Assembly: GCA_030637655.1 (NCBI GenBank)
Contig: DAOWGI010000055.1
Coordinates: forward strand, 1 to 23,821
Direction: 5' to 3'
DNA length: 23,821 bases
Source of the DNA: a candidate division FCPU426 bacterium
GTDB lineage: Bacteria; Oederibacteriota; JAAXVQ01; JAUVAV01
Part shown: in pieces, positions 8,498-19,200 of the stretch
Layout: each line of letters begins with the position of its first letter
How positions within the stretch are numbered: the stretch's first letter is position 1
Made by a program: the position numbers and the translations under genes
Notes under the pieces: generated by a model
The model's input: only the letters and a program-made list of their open reading frames with translations
Databases searched by the model: none
What the model was told of the DNA's origin: nothing

Positions 8498-8707
8498 TCA
8501 GCCTATCTTACGTACGTTTGCGGCCTGGGGACCTTTCGGCCCGTCCACAATGTCAAACTCTACTGCATCACCCTCATTCAGATTACGGAATCCGTCGCCC
8601 TGAATGGCTGAGAAATGCACGAATACATCTTTACCACCATTTTCCTGCTCCAAAAATCCATAACCCTTTGAACCATTAAACCATTTTGTCTTGCCTTGAA
8701 CTGACAT
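8498..8707 (-). CDS. Cold-shock protein (CspA family)
   Basis: [18 protein letters not shown]...DVFVHFSAI...[11 protein letters not shown] 8707 with GGAGGA RBS; 69 aa. The specific paralogue cannot be assigned. Confidence 0.97.
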   Translation of the reverse strand: MSVQGKTKWFNGSKGYGFLEQENGGKDVFVHFSAIQGDGFRNLNEGDAVEFDIVDGPKGPQAANVRKIG

Positions 8708-8773
8708 GAATTTATATCCTCCAAATTTTAACAATATATTGTTATTGGCTTCATGAAACCAATACAGAAAATT

Positions 8774-8802
8774 ACGTTAGCATGCCGGCCAATTCTTGTC
8801 AA
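8774..8802 (-). promoter_or_regulatory. Sigma70-type promoter of the csp gene
   Basis: Minus strand TTGACA (8802-8797), 17-bp spacer, TG-n-TAACGT (-10 at 8779-8774). Confidence 0.6.
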
Positions 8803-8833
8803 ATTTTTTTTCTTTCTTTATAAACCATCAGCC

Positions 8834-9079
8834 TTACTTCAGTTGCGTGTCCGGCTCCTCATTCTCTTTTTCCAGCTCTTTCTTTAGTTTTCGTAGTTTT
8901 TCCACTCTTCTTTTCATGCCGGCCGCACCTTCGGATCGGTCCACGGTTGAGGGATCATTCATTTCAACAAGTTGTTTTTCGGTCTCACTCAGGGTCCGTT
9001 TCTCTTGTCCGCATCCGGAACTCGATAGCAACAACACAGTTACTGCAAGCACACATCCTTTGCCAATCGCTTTTTCCAT
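8834..9079 (-). CDS. Small hypothetical lipoprotein
   Basis: Hydrophobic N-terminus ending SSGC; charged helical remainder; GAGGTGAAGGG upstream. Confidence 0.65.
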   Translation of the reverse strand: MEKAIGKGCVLAVTVLLLSSSGCGQEKRTLSETEKQLVEMNDPSTVDRSEGAAGMKRRVEKLRKLKKELEKENEEPDTQLK

Positions 9080-9102
9080 CCCTTCACCTCTTTACCTAAT
9101 AT

Positions 9103-9444
9103 TCATTTGTTTTTTCCATCCAGCGGATATTGGCGCTCTGCCTCTTTTCTCTCGTTTTCATCCAGCTTTCGCATTTTATCAAATATTTCCTCATCATTTT
9201 TTACTTCCTCAATCGCAGCCTCCATACGCTCGCTTACTTGTTTGCCTGTTCCCAGATTCCGCTCTATGGTTTTTGATTCATTCTCGTCCAACACTTCATG
9301 ATTGTTCACAATGGATTTTTTAGCTTCATTAATTTTTTTTTCTGCGGGTGTCCTGGTTTTATCAATTTCCAGAGCACAGCCAACCATGGCGCCCACGGAG
9401 ACCACCAGCGCCGCCACAATAGAATATCTAAGAATATTTTTCAT
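9103..9444 (-). CDS. Small hypothetical lipoprotein
   Basis: ATG 9444 with GAGGTG RBS gives MKNILRYSIVAALVVSVGAMVGC (lipobox MVGC); K/E-rich helical remainder. Confidence 0.75.
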   Translation of the reverse strand: MKNILRYSIVAALVVSVGAMVGCALEIDKTRTPAEKKINEAKKSIVNNHEVLDENESKTIERNLGTGKQVSERMEAAIEEVKNDEEIFDKMRKLDENERKEAERQYPLDGKNK

Positions 9445-9492
9445 AGTATTCACCTCAATCACTGTTATTGATAATTTCTATTCAAACCAGTT

Positions 9493-9520
9493 GCAGAGAC
9501 GCGATTAATCGCGTCTCTAC
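9493..9520. repeat. GTAG-type REP palindrome overlapping the carB stop codon
   Basis: GCAGAGACGCGATTAATCGCGTCTCTAC, a 28-bp palindrome with one mismatch; the carB TAG (9519-9517) is part of its GTAG end. Confidence 0.85.
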
Positions 9521-12500
9521 TTTAGATATTCCTGCAATGACTTGACCTGAATTTCATTATCCTTCATTTCCGCCATACCCTCAACTGTAGCATAAGCTGC
9601 GGCAATGGTCGTAATGTACGGCACTTTTTCTTTAATTGCCGTTTTACGGATATAACTGTCATCTTGCAGGCTTTCCTCGCCGGCCGGAGTATTAATAATC
9701 ATTTTTACTTGTTTATTCAGTATATCATCAGTAATCGCCGGCCGGCCTTCGTGCAGTTTAAGGGTCAATTCACTCACTATATTATGCTGAGCCAGAAAAT
9801 CTTTGGTGCCTTTGGTGGCCAGAATATCCATACCCAATTCTTTTAATTTCCGGGCAATAGATATAACTCTCTCCTTATCCCGGTTGGCAATGGATAACAA
9901 CACAGTCCCCTCAACCGGCAATCGCATGCCTGCCGCGTCCTGCGCCTTAAAAAACGCCAAACCAAAGGAATTCGCCATACCTAAGACCTCACCGGTGGCT
10001 TTCATTTCCGGTCCTAAAATAGGGTCCACCGTATGAAACATATTAAAAGGAAATACCGCTTCTTTGACACCTATGTGCGAGATTACTTTTTTAGCGGAGA
10101 TTTCAAGATCCTTGATCTTCTTGCCCAACATCACTTGTGTGGCTATCCTGGCCATGGATATGCCCATGACTTTACTGACCAGAGGCACTGTCCGGGAAGC
10201 CCGCGGATTGGCTTCCAGAATATAAACTTTGCCGTCACAAATAGCGTACTGAACATTCATCAAACCTACGACCTTCAAAGCTTTGGCCAATTTACGCGTA
10301 TGCGTTTCTATGTGCTGTATGGCCTCTGCGGAAATACTCCGCGCAGGAATCACACAAGCACTATCACCGGAATGGACACCTGCCAATTCAATATGTTCCA
10401 TCACTGTTGGTATGATTACATCCCCACCGTCAGAGATCGCGTCCACTTCCACTTCTACTGCCTGCTCCAAAAATTTATCAATCAACATCGGATATTCCGG
10501 ACTAACCTCAATCGCTAATTTGGCGTAATCCAGCAGCATTTTTTCGTTATAGACCACTTGCATCCCGCGGCCACCCAGAACAAACGAGGGCCGGACCATT
10601 AAAGGATAACCAATACGCGTGGCAACAGCTACCGCTTCCTCCACCGAACGGGCGAGGCCGCTGTCCGGTTGCGGAATTCCCAGGTCAGTGGCGATTTTTT
10701 TGAATTTCTCCCGGTCCTCAGCCATTTGAATACTCTCCGGACTGGTCCCGAGAATCTTCACACCCGCAGCTGCCAGTTCCTGCGCGATATTCAGCGGTGT
10801 TTGGCCGCCGAATTGCACAATAACGCCTTCGGGTTTTTCCTTTTCATAAATGCTCAGCACATCCTCCACTGTCAGAGGTTCAAAATACAGTTTGTTGGAA
10901 GTATCATAATCCGTGGATACGGTTTCCGGATTGCAATTGACCATGACCGATTCAACACCTTCAGCGCGCAGGGTAAAGGCCGCGTGCACGCAGGTGTAAT
11001 CAAATTCTATTCCCTGTCCAATGCGATTGGGACCGCCGCCCAAGATCATTATCTTGCGATTCGGAGAAACAGCTACCTTGTCCGATGCCTTATACGTAGA
11101 ATAATAATAAGCTCCCTGGGCTCCACTGACCAACACTTCGTTATAGGCTTCTGTTTTTCCGCCCTGCAACCGCTGTTCGCGTATTTGTTTTTCCGGCACT
11201 TTTAATATCCGGCCCAAATATTTATCTGAAAAACCCTGTTCTTTCGCAGCCCATAGGACATCTGCAGGCAATTCTTTTCCTTGAAAGGTTTTTACTTTTT
11301 CTTCGATTTCCACCAATTCCTTCATTTGCTCAATGAACCAATGTTTCACCCGGGTAAGTTCAAACAGCTCGTCCACACTCACGCCTTTGCGTAAGGCCTC
11401 ATACATATGAAAATAGCGTTCACTGGAAGGATTCACCAGTTTGGCTTTTAGTTCACTTTTGCTTAAAGCCGCAATTTCGGCTACCCCGCCGAGTCCATAG
11501 CGTTTACTCTCCAAAGAACGGATGGATTTTTGGAACGCTTCTTTAAAATCCTTGCCAATACTCATGACCTCGCCCACAGCCTGCATTTGCGTGCCCAGTT
11601 TATCTTCTGCTTCCGGAAATTTTTCAAATGCCCAGCGCGCGAACTTGGAAACCACATAATCCCCACTGGGTTGGTATTTTTCCAGCGTGCCTTCTTTCCA
11701 ATACGGTAATTCATCCAAAGTGAGACCCACGGCCAACTTGGCGGATATACTGGCAATCGGAAAACCAGTGGCTTTTGACGCCAAAGCCGACGAGCGTGAG
11801 GTGCGCGGATTAATTTCAATGACCACCACCTGTCCGTTCGCAGGATTATGCGCAAACTGAACATTTGTGCCGCCCACCACGCCGATGGCATCCACAATAT
11901 CGTAAGACTTGTTCTGCAAATCCTTCTGTAATTCCTCGGAAATAGTCAACATGGGAGCCACACAGAAACTATCCCCGGTATGCACCCCCATGGGATCAAT
12001 ATTTTCAATAAAACACACAGTGATTTTCTGTCCTTTTTCATCACGCACGACTTCCAGTTCCAATTCTTCCCAACCCAACACAGACTCTTCCACCAATAAT
12101 TGATGAACGCGACTGGCAGCCAGTCCCCGAGCAGCCACCACCCGTAATTCCTCGTGGTTGTAAACCACACCTCCGCCGGTTCCACCCATGGTATACGCAG
12201 GACGCAGGACTACTGGATAGCCCAACTCATCGGCGATTTGTTCAGCCTCCTCTACGGAATGGGAGGGTTTGCTGCGCGGCATTTCAATGTTTAACTTGTT
12301 CATGGTCTCTTTAAAAAGAATTCGGTCCTCACCGCGCGCAATTGTATCTGCGCTCACACCAATGAGTTTTACCTGGTATTTATCAAGTGTGCCGTTTTTA
12401 CTAAGTTCGGCGGAAAGATTCAATCCGGTTTGCCCCCCCAAATTAGGCAGCAAGGCGTCCGGCCGTTCCTTTTCAATGATTTTCTCCAGGCATTCAATAT

Positions 12501-12708
12501 TCAAAGGCTCAATATAGGTATAATCCGCCATGCCCGGATCCGTCATAATCGTGGCCGGATTGGAATTGACCAACACGACCTTATACCCTTCTTCTTTCAT
12601 GGCTTTACAGGCCTGCGTACCCGAATAATCAAACTCACAGGCTTGACCAATAATGATCGGTCCGGAACCTATTACCATAACTTTATGAATGTCATTTCTA
12701 CGCGCCAT
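9517..12708 (-). CDS. carB: Carbamoyl-phosphate synthase large subunit
   Basis: GSGPIIIGQACEFDYSG, NSNPATIMTD, GVHTGDS, NPRTSRSSALASKATG, GGPNRIGQGIEFDY, NCNPETVSTDYD, and a C-terminal MGS-like domain; 1063 aa; AGGAG RBS. Confidence 0.99.
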   Translation of the reverse strand: MARRNDIHKVMVIGSGPIIIGQACEFDYSGTQACKAMKEEGYKVVLVNSNPATIMTDPGMADYTYIEPLNIECLEKIIEKERPDALLPNLGGQTGLNLSAELSKNGTLDKYQVKLIGVSADTIARGEDRILFKETMNKLNIEMPRSKPSHSVEEAEQIADELGYPVVLRPAYTMGGTGGGVVYNHEELRVVAARGLAASRVHQLLVEESVLGWEELELEVVRDEKGQKITVCFIENIDPMGVHTGDSFCVAPMLTISEELQKDLQNKSYDIVDAIGVVGGTNVQFAHNPANGQVVVIEINPRTSRSSALASKATGFPIASISAKLAVGLTLDELPYWKEGTLEKYQPSGDYVVSKFARWAFEKFPEAEDKLGTQMQAVGEVMSIGKDFKEAFQKSIRSLESKRYGLGGVAEIAALSKSELKAKLVNPSSERYFHMYEALRKGVSVDELFELTRVKHWFIEQMKELVEIEEKVKTFQGKELPADVLWAAKEQGFSDKYLGRILKVPEKQIREQRLQGGKTEAYNEVLVSGAQGAYYYSTYKASDKVAVSPNRKIMILGGGPNRIGQGIEFDYTCVHAAFTLRAEGVESVMVNCNPETVSTDYDTSNKLYFEPLTVEDVLSIYEKEKPEGVIVQFGGQTPLNIAQELAAAGVKILGTSPESIQMAEDREKFKKIATDLGIPQPDSGLARSVEEAVAVATRIGYPLMVRPSFVLGGRGMQVVYNEKMLLDYAKLAIEVSPEYPMLIDKFLEQAVEVEVDAISDGGDVIIPTVMEHIELAGVHSGDSACVIPARSISAEAIQHIETHTRKLAKALKVVGLMNVQYAICDGKVYILEANPRASRTVPLVSKVMGISMARIATQVMLGKKIKDLEISAKKVISHIGVKEAVFPFNMFHTVDPILGPEMKATGEVLGMANSFGLAFFKAQDAAGMRLPVEGTVLLSIANRDKERVISIARKLKELGMDILATKGTKDFLAQHNIVSELTLKLHEGRPAITDDILNKQVKMIINTPAGEESLQDDSYIRKTAIKEKVPYITTIAAAYATVEGMAEMKDNEIQVKSLQEYLK

Positions 12709-12816
12709 CTTTTTACAAGCTCCTTTTTATAATTGTGGGCAGGAAAAGAATGATAAAAAAGTAAATTATTTTAACGCTTTTTCAGCAAATAACAAAGTGG
12801 TTTTTCAATTTTTGTC

Positions 12817-13056
12817 CATTGCTGTCCAAATAAATAAAAAATATAAAAAATCAATCAATTAAACCCTTTAAAAACCTAAATAACCACAGATGAACATCCT
12901 GCTCTCTATATTAAATAATAGGAATCCCAGGACCGGCGGATAAACACTGATAAGGTCTAAAAAATGCAAAAACAGTAAATATAATGAAACAGCTTTTAAA
13001 ATCAGTGTTAATCAGTGTTCATCCGTGGTTGCTGATTTTTAATTTGGACAATAATA
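12817..13056. mobile_element. MITE-like element with CAT-type termini and 9-10-bp target duplication (IS4-like), enclosing a 10-mer-periodic hairpin repeat
   Basis: Left CATTGCTGTCCAAAT; right-end reverse complement TATTATTGTCCAAAT (12/15). Direct repeat (A)ATTTTTGTC at 12807-12816 and 13056-13065. Inner arms at 12882-12951 and ATCAGTGTTA-ATCAGTGTTC-ATCCGTGGTT (13001-13030). Confidence 0.75.
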
Positions 13057-13150
13057 ATTTTTGTCTTAATATGTCAGTGACACGCAGAGAATGGCACCTG
13101 AGGTATTAGACCTGTGGATGACTGCTTATCATGCCGGCGCGATAAAGTAT

Positions 13151-13200
13151 AAAAATCCCCTCTCCGGGCATTTTATTGCGCCCCAAAAGGAGATTTTTTT
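13151..13200 (-). terminator. Probable intrinsic terminator of the 2127-aa gene
   Basis: Minus-strand RNA AAAAAUCUCCUUUUGGGGC...GCCCGGAGAGGGGAUUUUU pairs using three G-U pairs that only work on this strand, and ends in a U-run. Confidence 0.55.
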
Positions 13201-13268
13201 AATTGCCGTGCGGTTTATCCGGCTGCGATAGCGTCCCAAAGATCAATATTTTTTCCGGTCGGGGCTTC

Positions 13269-16200
13269 TTACGCCGCGCCGCCAAAGAGTTTGATGGCCT
13301 TACGCCGGAATTTCTTGGTATTCTCCTCGTCTACTATATAATTATTTTTACGCAGCGTATCCTGATAAGCGCCCTGAGCTCCCCTGCTGTGGCCCTGTAA
13401 AATATAGGGTAGGCTCACATTCGTTTGCCTGATCCCCAATTCCTTAATAATATTCGCCAACGCTCCATGCTTATCAGGCGTTGCGTAATTTCGCTCCACT
13501 ACCATAATCGGGTCCATGAGCTCGGCAAAGCGGCTAAAAGCTTCAATATTAAAAATATTTTCTGCCAGAAGATCAGTGCTTTCCTCAATGTTTTCAAGCT
13601 GAAATATTTTATTATAATTTGTAATCAGGGCTCGCAGATTATGGGCCAACTGCTCCTGTGCCTGGAATTGGGTTTCCTTGTCTTTGTTGGCGGTCTGCAG
13701 CACAGCTATGACAGCCTTTTGCATATCACTGCCCGATCTTCTGAGTTCTGTGATAAATGGGATAAACGTTGTTTCTCCCGCCTTAGTAGTTATTTGCGAT
13801 TGTATAGCAGCTTCCAGTTTCTCAACCATATAATTAAAATAGCCGTCCGGATTCGCGGTTGCTACAGAACTATGCCTACTCTGTCCGAACCACAGCTTAT
13901 TGCTTATCCCTATCCACATTCTCTCGCTTGCACTGAGTTTAGCATCATTCTTTACTCCTACTATTCCTTGCGCCAAAGAATCCCGGCCTGCAAAGAGTTT
14001 TATGGCCTGCTTTTGATTATTTATCCTCTTAATAGCCGCAACAAGGTCGCTATCTTTGCCAACCCTTACTTGACCGACTATCGGCAGATAGAAGGTTATT
14101 TCTTCTTCGTCTTTTACTTTAACTTTATAGTGCTCTAATTCATTCGTACTGGCGATGGCAAAAGCGCTATCACCTTCCGCGGTTTTGCCCAAAGCAAAAG
14201 ATTGCGTGGCTTCTCCTGCTTTTTCCGGGCGCTGGTATTTTTTAACCAATTTTCTGACTTGGTCATCTACACTAATAGTGATTATCTCCCCTGGCTTGGC
14301 ATTTTTCATTTCTTCCAATACTATTTTTAATACCGGCGAATTTTTCAGCGCTTCTTTCTCTTCTGCTAATAATCTCTTGGCCATTTCTGGGAAAGCCTGC
14401 AAATGAAGCGTTTCAATATCACCTATAGCAAAATCATACAGCAAGTCTACCTTATCACCGCGTATTATGGCTGCTAACAGCGCCTGTTCTGCCTTGGTTT
14501 TCAAAGACTCGTCAGCTTCTTCTTGCAACAAATCCTGCTTCAACATGCCGGCCAGAGTATTTTCCCTGGATTGCGCCGCGTTCAGCATAGTGGCAACCTG
14601 GCGTTTCTGGAACCAGTAAGGATGGTCTTTAAACAGTTTTTTTCGTTTCTCTGGATCTTTAGCAGCCGCTTCAATCTCCTCTTTCATTTTCTCATCCGCT
14701 AAATCAGAGCTTAGTTCTGTGCTAAGTTCTTTACTGGCAATCGGCACATTCAGTTCCTGGTTGCAGATCTGCAAAAAGGCATCCAGGCCGATCGGGAGAT
14801 CTTTTTCAGCCTGGGGCCGATCTTCTTTGGGACCAATCGTTCTCTCCACTTCAGGACTTTTTCCCACAATATATTTAACCACTTCTCCCTTGCGATCCCA
14901 GCCCCATTCAATTAATTTATAGAGAATTCGTCTTTCCAGGGAAAGCCAGATCAAACTTAATTTCAAGCGTACGCCCAGCATATAATGAACCGGCCCGTAC
15001 CACCACTTGGCATTTTTGTCCTTTTTGGCTATGTTCCAGAGCCACTCAGGCATAGAAATTACGAATATTGTTTTTTCTTTGAGATATTCTTGGGTTATAT
15101 CTTCCTTGGCATCCGGTTTTATTTCCTGAAAGGAGACACTAAAAGCAGGCCCTATTAAGAAACGTACATTCTCCTTCAAGTTATATTTTTTGCCGAATAT
15201 GGTATCTACATATTCAGACAGCCGCTCTCCAATTACGTGGCCGTCTAAGGGTTTTTCACCATTCCCAGGCTTTATTTTCATATCTTTATAAAGCTTCGCT
15301 AATGTCGGATACTTTTCAGTATCAGTATAATCAATATTTTCCCGTTCATAAGGGAGATTCGCCCGCTCGTGCAGCCTGCCGCCGAAAGGAATAGCAAGCA
15401 CTGCGAGCGCTACTAAAGCCATTGGCCCTAACCAGCCCATGGCTGCTACTACTCCCACCACTGCCATCCCCAGCAGCGAACTCCAGGTGGCGGTCAGGCT
15501 AGCTTTGCCGGCCAGGTTTAATCTTTGGTAAACTGTTTGGTCTTTATCTAATGTAAGGGAAGACACATACTTACTTTCCTTAGAATCATACTGAAGCACA
15601 CCCCCTGCATAATGAGCAATTATGAAGGCAGCAAAAGTTAAGACTACAGGCAGGATGATAAGCAAACCGAAATCAATAAAAGTAGGCGCGTCCTTTAAAA
15701 TAAAATGCAGCACAGGAAAGAAAGAAAAAAACGCGGCTGCCCGGCCTTCTTGCTTTCCCATCTGGCTCGGCGTCAATTTGAGCATCTCTCCCAGACGGCC
15801 GATAGCGCCGGAGATGCGAGCAGCAGGCACAGGAGGGCTCTCAGCTTTCGATTCGACAGATTCCAGATACTCAATGTGGTCACTAACTTTTTTAGTCAGC
15901 CTTCTTAATCTTAAATCTACACTACTTTCTCCTCTTTGCATTTCTGCAAACACTTCCATCACTTTATCCCTGTTCTCGCTCTCTGCCAACTTGACTAATA
16001 TCCGGAAAGCACGGTGGCCATGCTTATCAGTCTCAAGAAAGCCTTTGACAAATTTGGCATCTTTTACTGTTAATTCGATAATTAATTTAACAGTTTCCTT
16101 GTCGATTGGTCCGGGAGGTGCCGCCGCCTTACCGGTGGTGGCACGCACAAAATATGATTTCTTTTCAACTATTACCCACAACGCAGTATTAACTATTAAA

Positions 16201-19200
16201 GAATCATCCGACTGCAATGCTCGTCTAAGAACCTGTAGCGTTTGGGATAGCTTTAAGTCTTTCAATTCGGAAACAAGTGATATCATTACTCTAATATCCG
16301 GCGAGATTGCTGTAAGTTCTTTTAATATCTCCTCATCCGTAACTTTCCATTTTTTCAGCAGTGAAAGGATTGCATTAATTACTTTTTTGTCATTATAAAA
16401 AATAGTTGCCTTTTTGATAAATTCCGACTTTAAATTTTGTAAATTATGTTTTCTTGCGTGTTTGATTTTTCTTAATATTTTGAACGACTCTAAAGACTTT
16501 TTAATTATAATATCAAATTCTTGTGACAGTATTTTTAATCCAATGTCTTCAGTATTTTCACTTGTCATTTCTTCGAATACCTTCTTCACCTTATCCCTGT
16601 TCTCGCTCCTTAGCAACTTGATTAATGTCTCGAAAGCCAATCCACTAGTTTCGTTAGTTGAAAGAATGCCATTTTTTAAAATGGAATTTTTTACTATTAA
16701 TTGGATAATTAATTTGACAGTCACATCGTCGATTGGTCCGGGAGAAGGTGCCGCCGACTCACCGGCGTGACGTGCAAAATATGATTCCGGATTAGCTATT
16801 GCCCACAACGCAGCATTGACTATTGAAGGATCGTCCGACTGCAATGCTTTTTTATAAACCGGGAGCGCTTGAGATGGTTTCAAGTCTTCCAAGCTGGAAA
16901 CAAGCATTATCATCCCTATATCAGTATCCGGCGAGATTTCCATAAGTTCAGCTAATATTTCCTTGTCCGTAAGCCCCCATTTTTTCATCAGTAACAAGAT
17001 TGAACTAACTATTCTCCTGTCCTTATAACTAACAATTGCCAGTTTGATAAAGTCTGACTTCAAATCTTTTAAATCATGTTTCTCTGCGAATTCGATAATT
17101 TTTAATATATCAATCAAGTTAAAAGGCTTTTTTCCCTTGATAAAAGAGTTAATGACGACACGAACCAATTCTTCATTCAGCTTTTTTTCTCTGGTTAGCC
17201 CTGTTCCTGATTCAAAATATTGGTTAAATATCTGGTGAAAAACCAAGAAGGCTATTAAACTGATCAGAAGGCGTACCATAGGAAAAATAAAGGCGGGAAT
17301 GCCCCACCACACCAAACCTGTGACCAGTGATATAAATGCGGCAATCGCGGCATTTTTCAGGAGCGTTTTGGGTTCAGTGCGTAGAAACGGCAATATCTTG
17401 TCTAATTTTGACCAGGCAAACACTTTATCTAAATGAAACAGTACCGGTAAAATAAAGGCCAATTTAAACATGCTCTGCAAAATCGTCGTTAAGCTGTCTG
17501 TGGGCAAAAATTGCGCTATAATGGACAGCCATTGTTGCACTATAATGGACAGCCATTGCGCTATAACAAGATGCATTCCGCTCCAGCCCAATAACCCTAT
17601 TCCGCCAAAAACTATATACCAAACGGTTTCAATTGGAACCAGAAAGTTGTCATAGTGTGGAGCCAGGCGCGGAAATAGCTTAAGCGTCCACATCTTTAAC
17701 AGCTCTGATTTCCCGCCAAGCGACATTGCTCGCTTGCTCGCTTTTCCAGGCCCTTTCTGTGCTTGTGCCATTTGCATTGCTGCTAAATTTCCCAGGATTG
17801 CGGATACTGGAACTGAAGGGTTGGTTATCCAGCGCTGAAGGTTTTTAACCAGCCAACCAAATGTGAGACTTGTTGTCTGTTGGTAACTGGAATCCAGTGC
17901 CACCGCAGCTTGGGTAGGGGTGGGAAATATTGAAAAAAAATATTCCGTAAATTCAGTCGTTTCCAGACTCAAAGATGCTAATATTTTTTCTCTAAATAAC
18001 CCTCGGGGCGCCATAACCACGGTAAGAACTTCTCCCTGCTCTGTGCGTAAAGAAGTCGACAAAATTATTATGTTTTCAAGGCTGGGTATATTATATTCCG
18101 CCATTTCTTCCTCGTTTAAAGCGGCAACCTCTACAAGTGTATTTTCTTCTATATACTTATTCACAGCCGGCATGAGCATCTCTGGAATTTTAAACACTGT
18201 TTGCAATGCTTTCATTTTTAATTCCACATTTGTAAGAAAAAACCGACTATACCATGATGTAAGCAAACCCATTATTGTCTGATTCTTGGCCAGCAGTTTT
18301 TCCAGCGGGGTCTCGCGGCCTTGGAGCAGGGAAAAATACGGATTTACCACATCCTGCCTGGTCACGCGCGGCTTGATCGAAACATAGGTTATATCGCGGC
18401 GCTTGAGCTCGGCCAGAACCTTGTCTGTGTGAAATCCGCCGTTTATCATCACTGCCAGCTTCTCGTCCAGGCGGTCCATTTTTCGGACCAGGTTGTCCAC
18501 AAAGTGGATGCTCCGTTCATCGGCCAGGCGATAGAAATCTTCCACCTGCTTTAAATACTCATCCAACACGTGCATTTCCGGATCCAATAGGTATTCATGT
18601 TGTAGAGACGCACGATCGTGCGTCTCTACCTGGTTAATGAAATTTATAAATGCCTGGGTTGTGTATTTTTCCCGCTGTGCGCGGAAGGTTTCTAATTCTT
18701 CAGGTGTGACCGAGATGTTGAGGAGTCTTTCGACAATATCCAGACGGTGATAAAGCTCATCCAATTCCTGTTGTGTTTTATCCGTATAGAGCTGTTGCCG
18801 GATAGCAGCATCCAATTTGTCCAGTTCCTGGAAAAGGTGATCCGGGTCAACTTGGGCTGAGAAAAAATTCTGTTTCAGACTGAGAAAGCGGGCCAGGTTG
18901 GGATACACGCTCAAATTCACTCGCAGCTTGCGGGCTATATGATGCAGATATGCGCTGTATTTCAGGATGTCAATATCGCCTTCGCGGTAAGCTACGCGCT
19001 TGCCATCGAATTTCAAGAGCCGGGAATTATAAATATCGGCCTTCAATTCTTCCAGAATATCGCGCAGATCATAGCAATAGCCCTGGCTCTCGGCATTTAA
19101 AAAACTGCGCACTGCTTTCTGGCTGGCCTGGTACAAAGACGGTGTTTCAATGCCCTCCAGCCGGATATCCTGCCCACTCGTGCACGCGTAATATTCTGCG

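Noticed and set aside
9517-12708. carB without an adjacent carA
   Set aside because: Separated carA and carB are common in many lineages, so this is not informative from one window.
13066-13150. Possible riboswitch or pyrimidine attenuator upstream of carB
   Set aside because: No recognisable aptamer or PyrR-binding consensus was found, and the segment is separated from carB by the MITE-like element.
13425-16770. Long plus-strand ORFs (237, 258 and 118 aa) opposite the giant gene
   Set aside because: They are antisense shadows with no recognisable motifs; the same applies to the short ORFs overlapping htpG, carB and the two-component genes.
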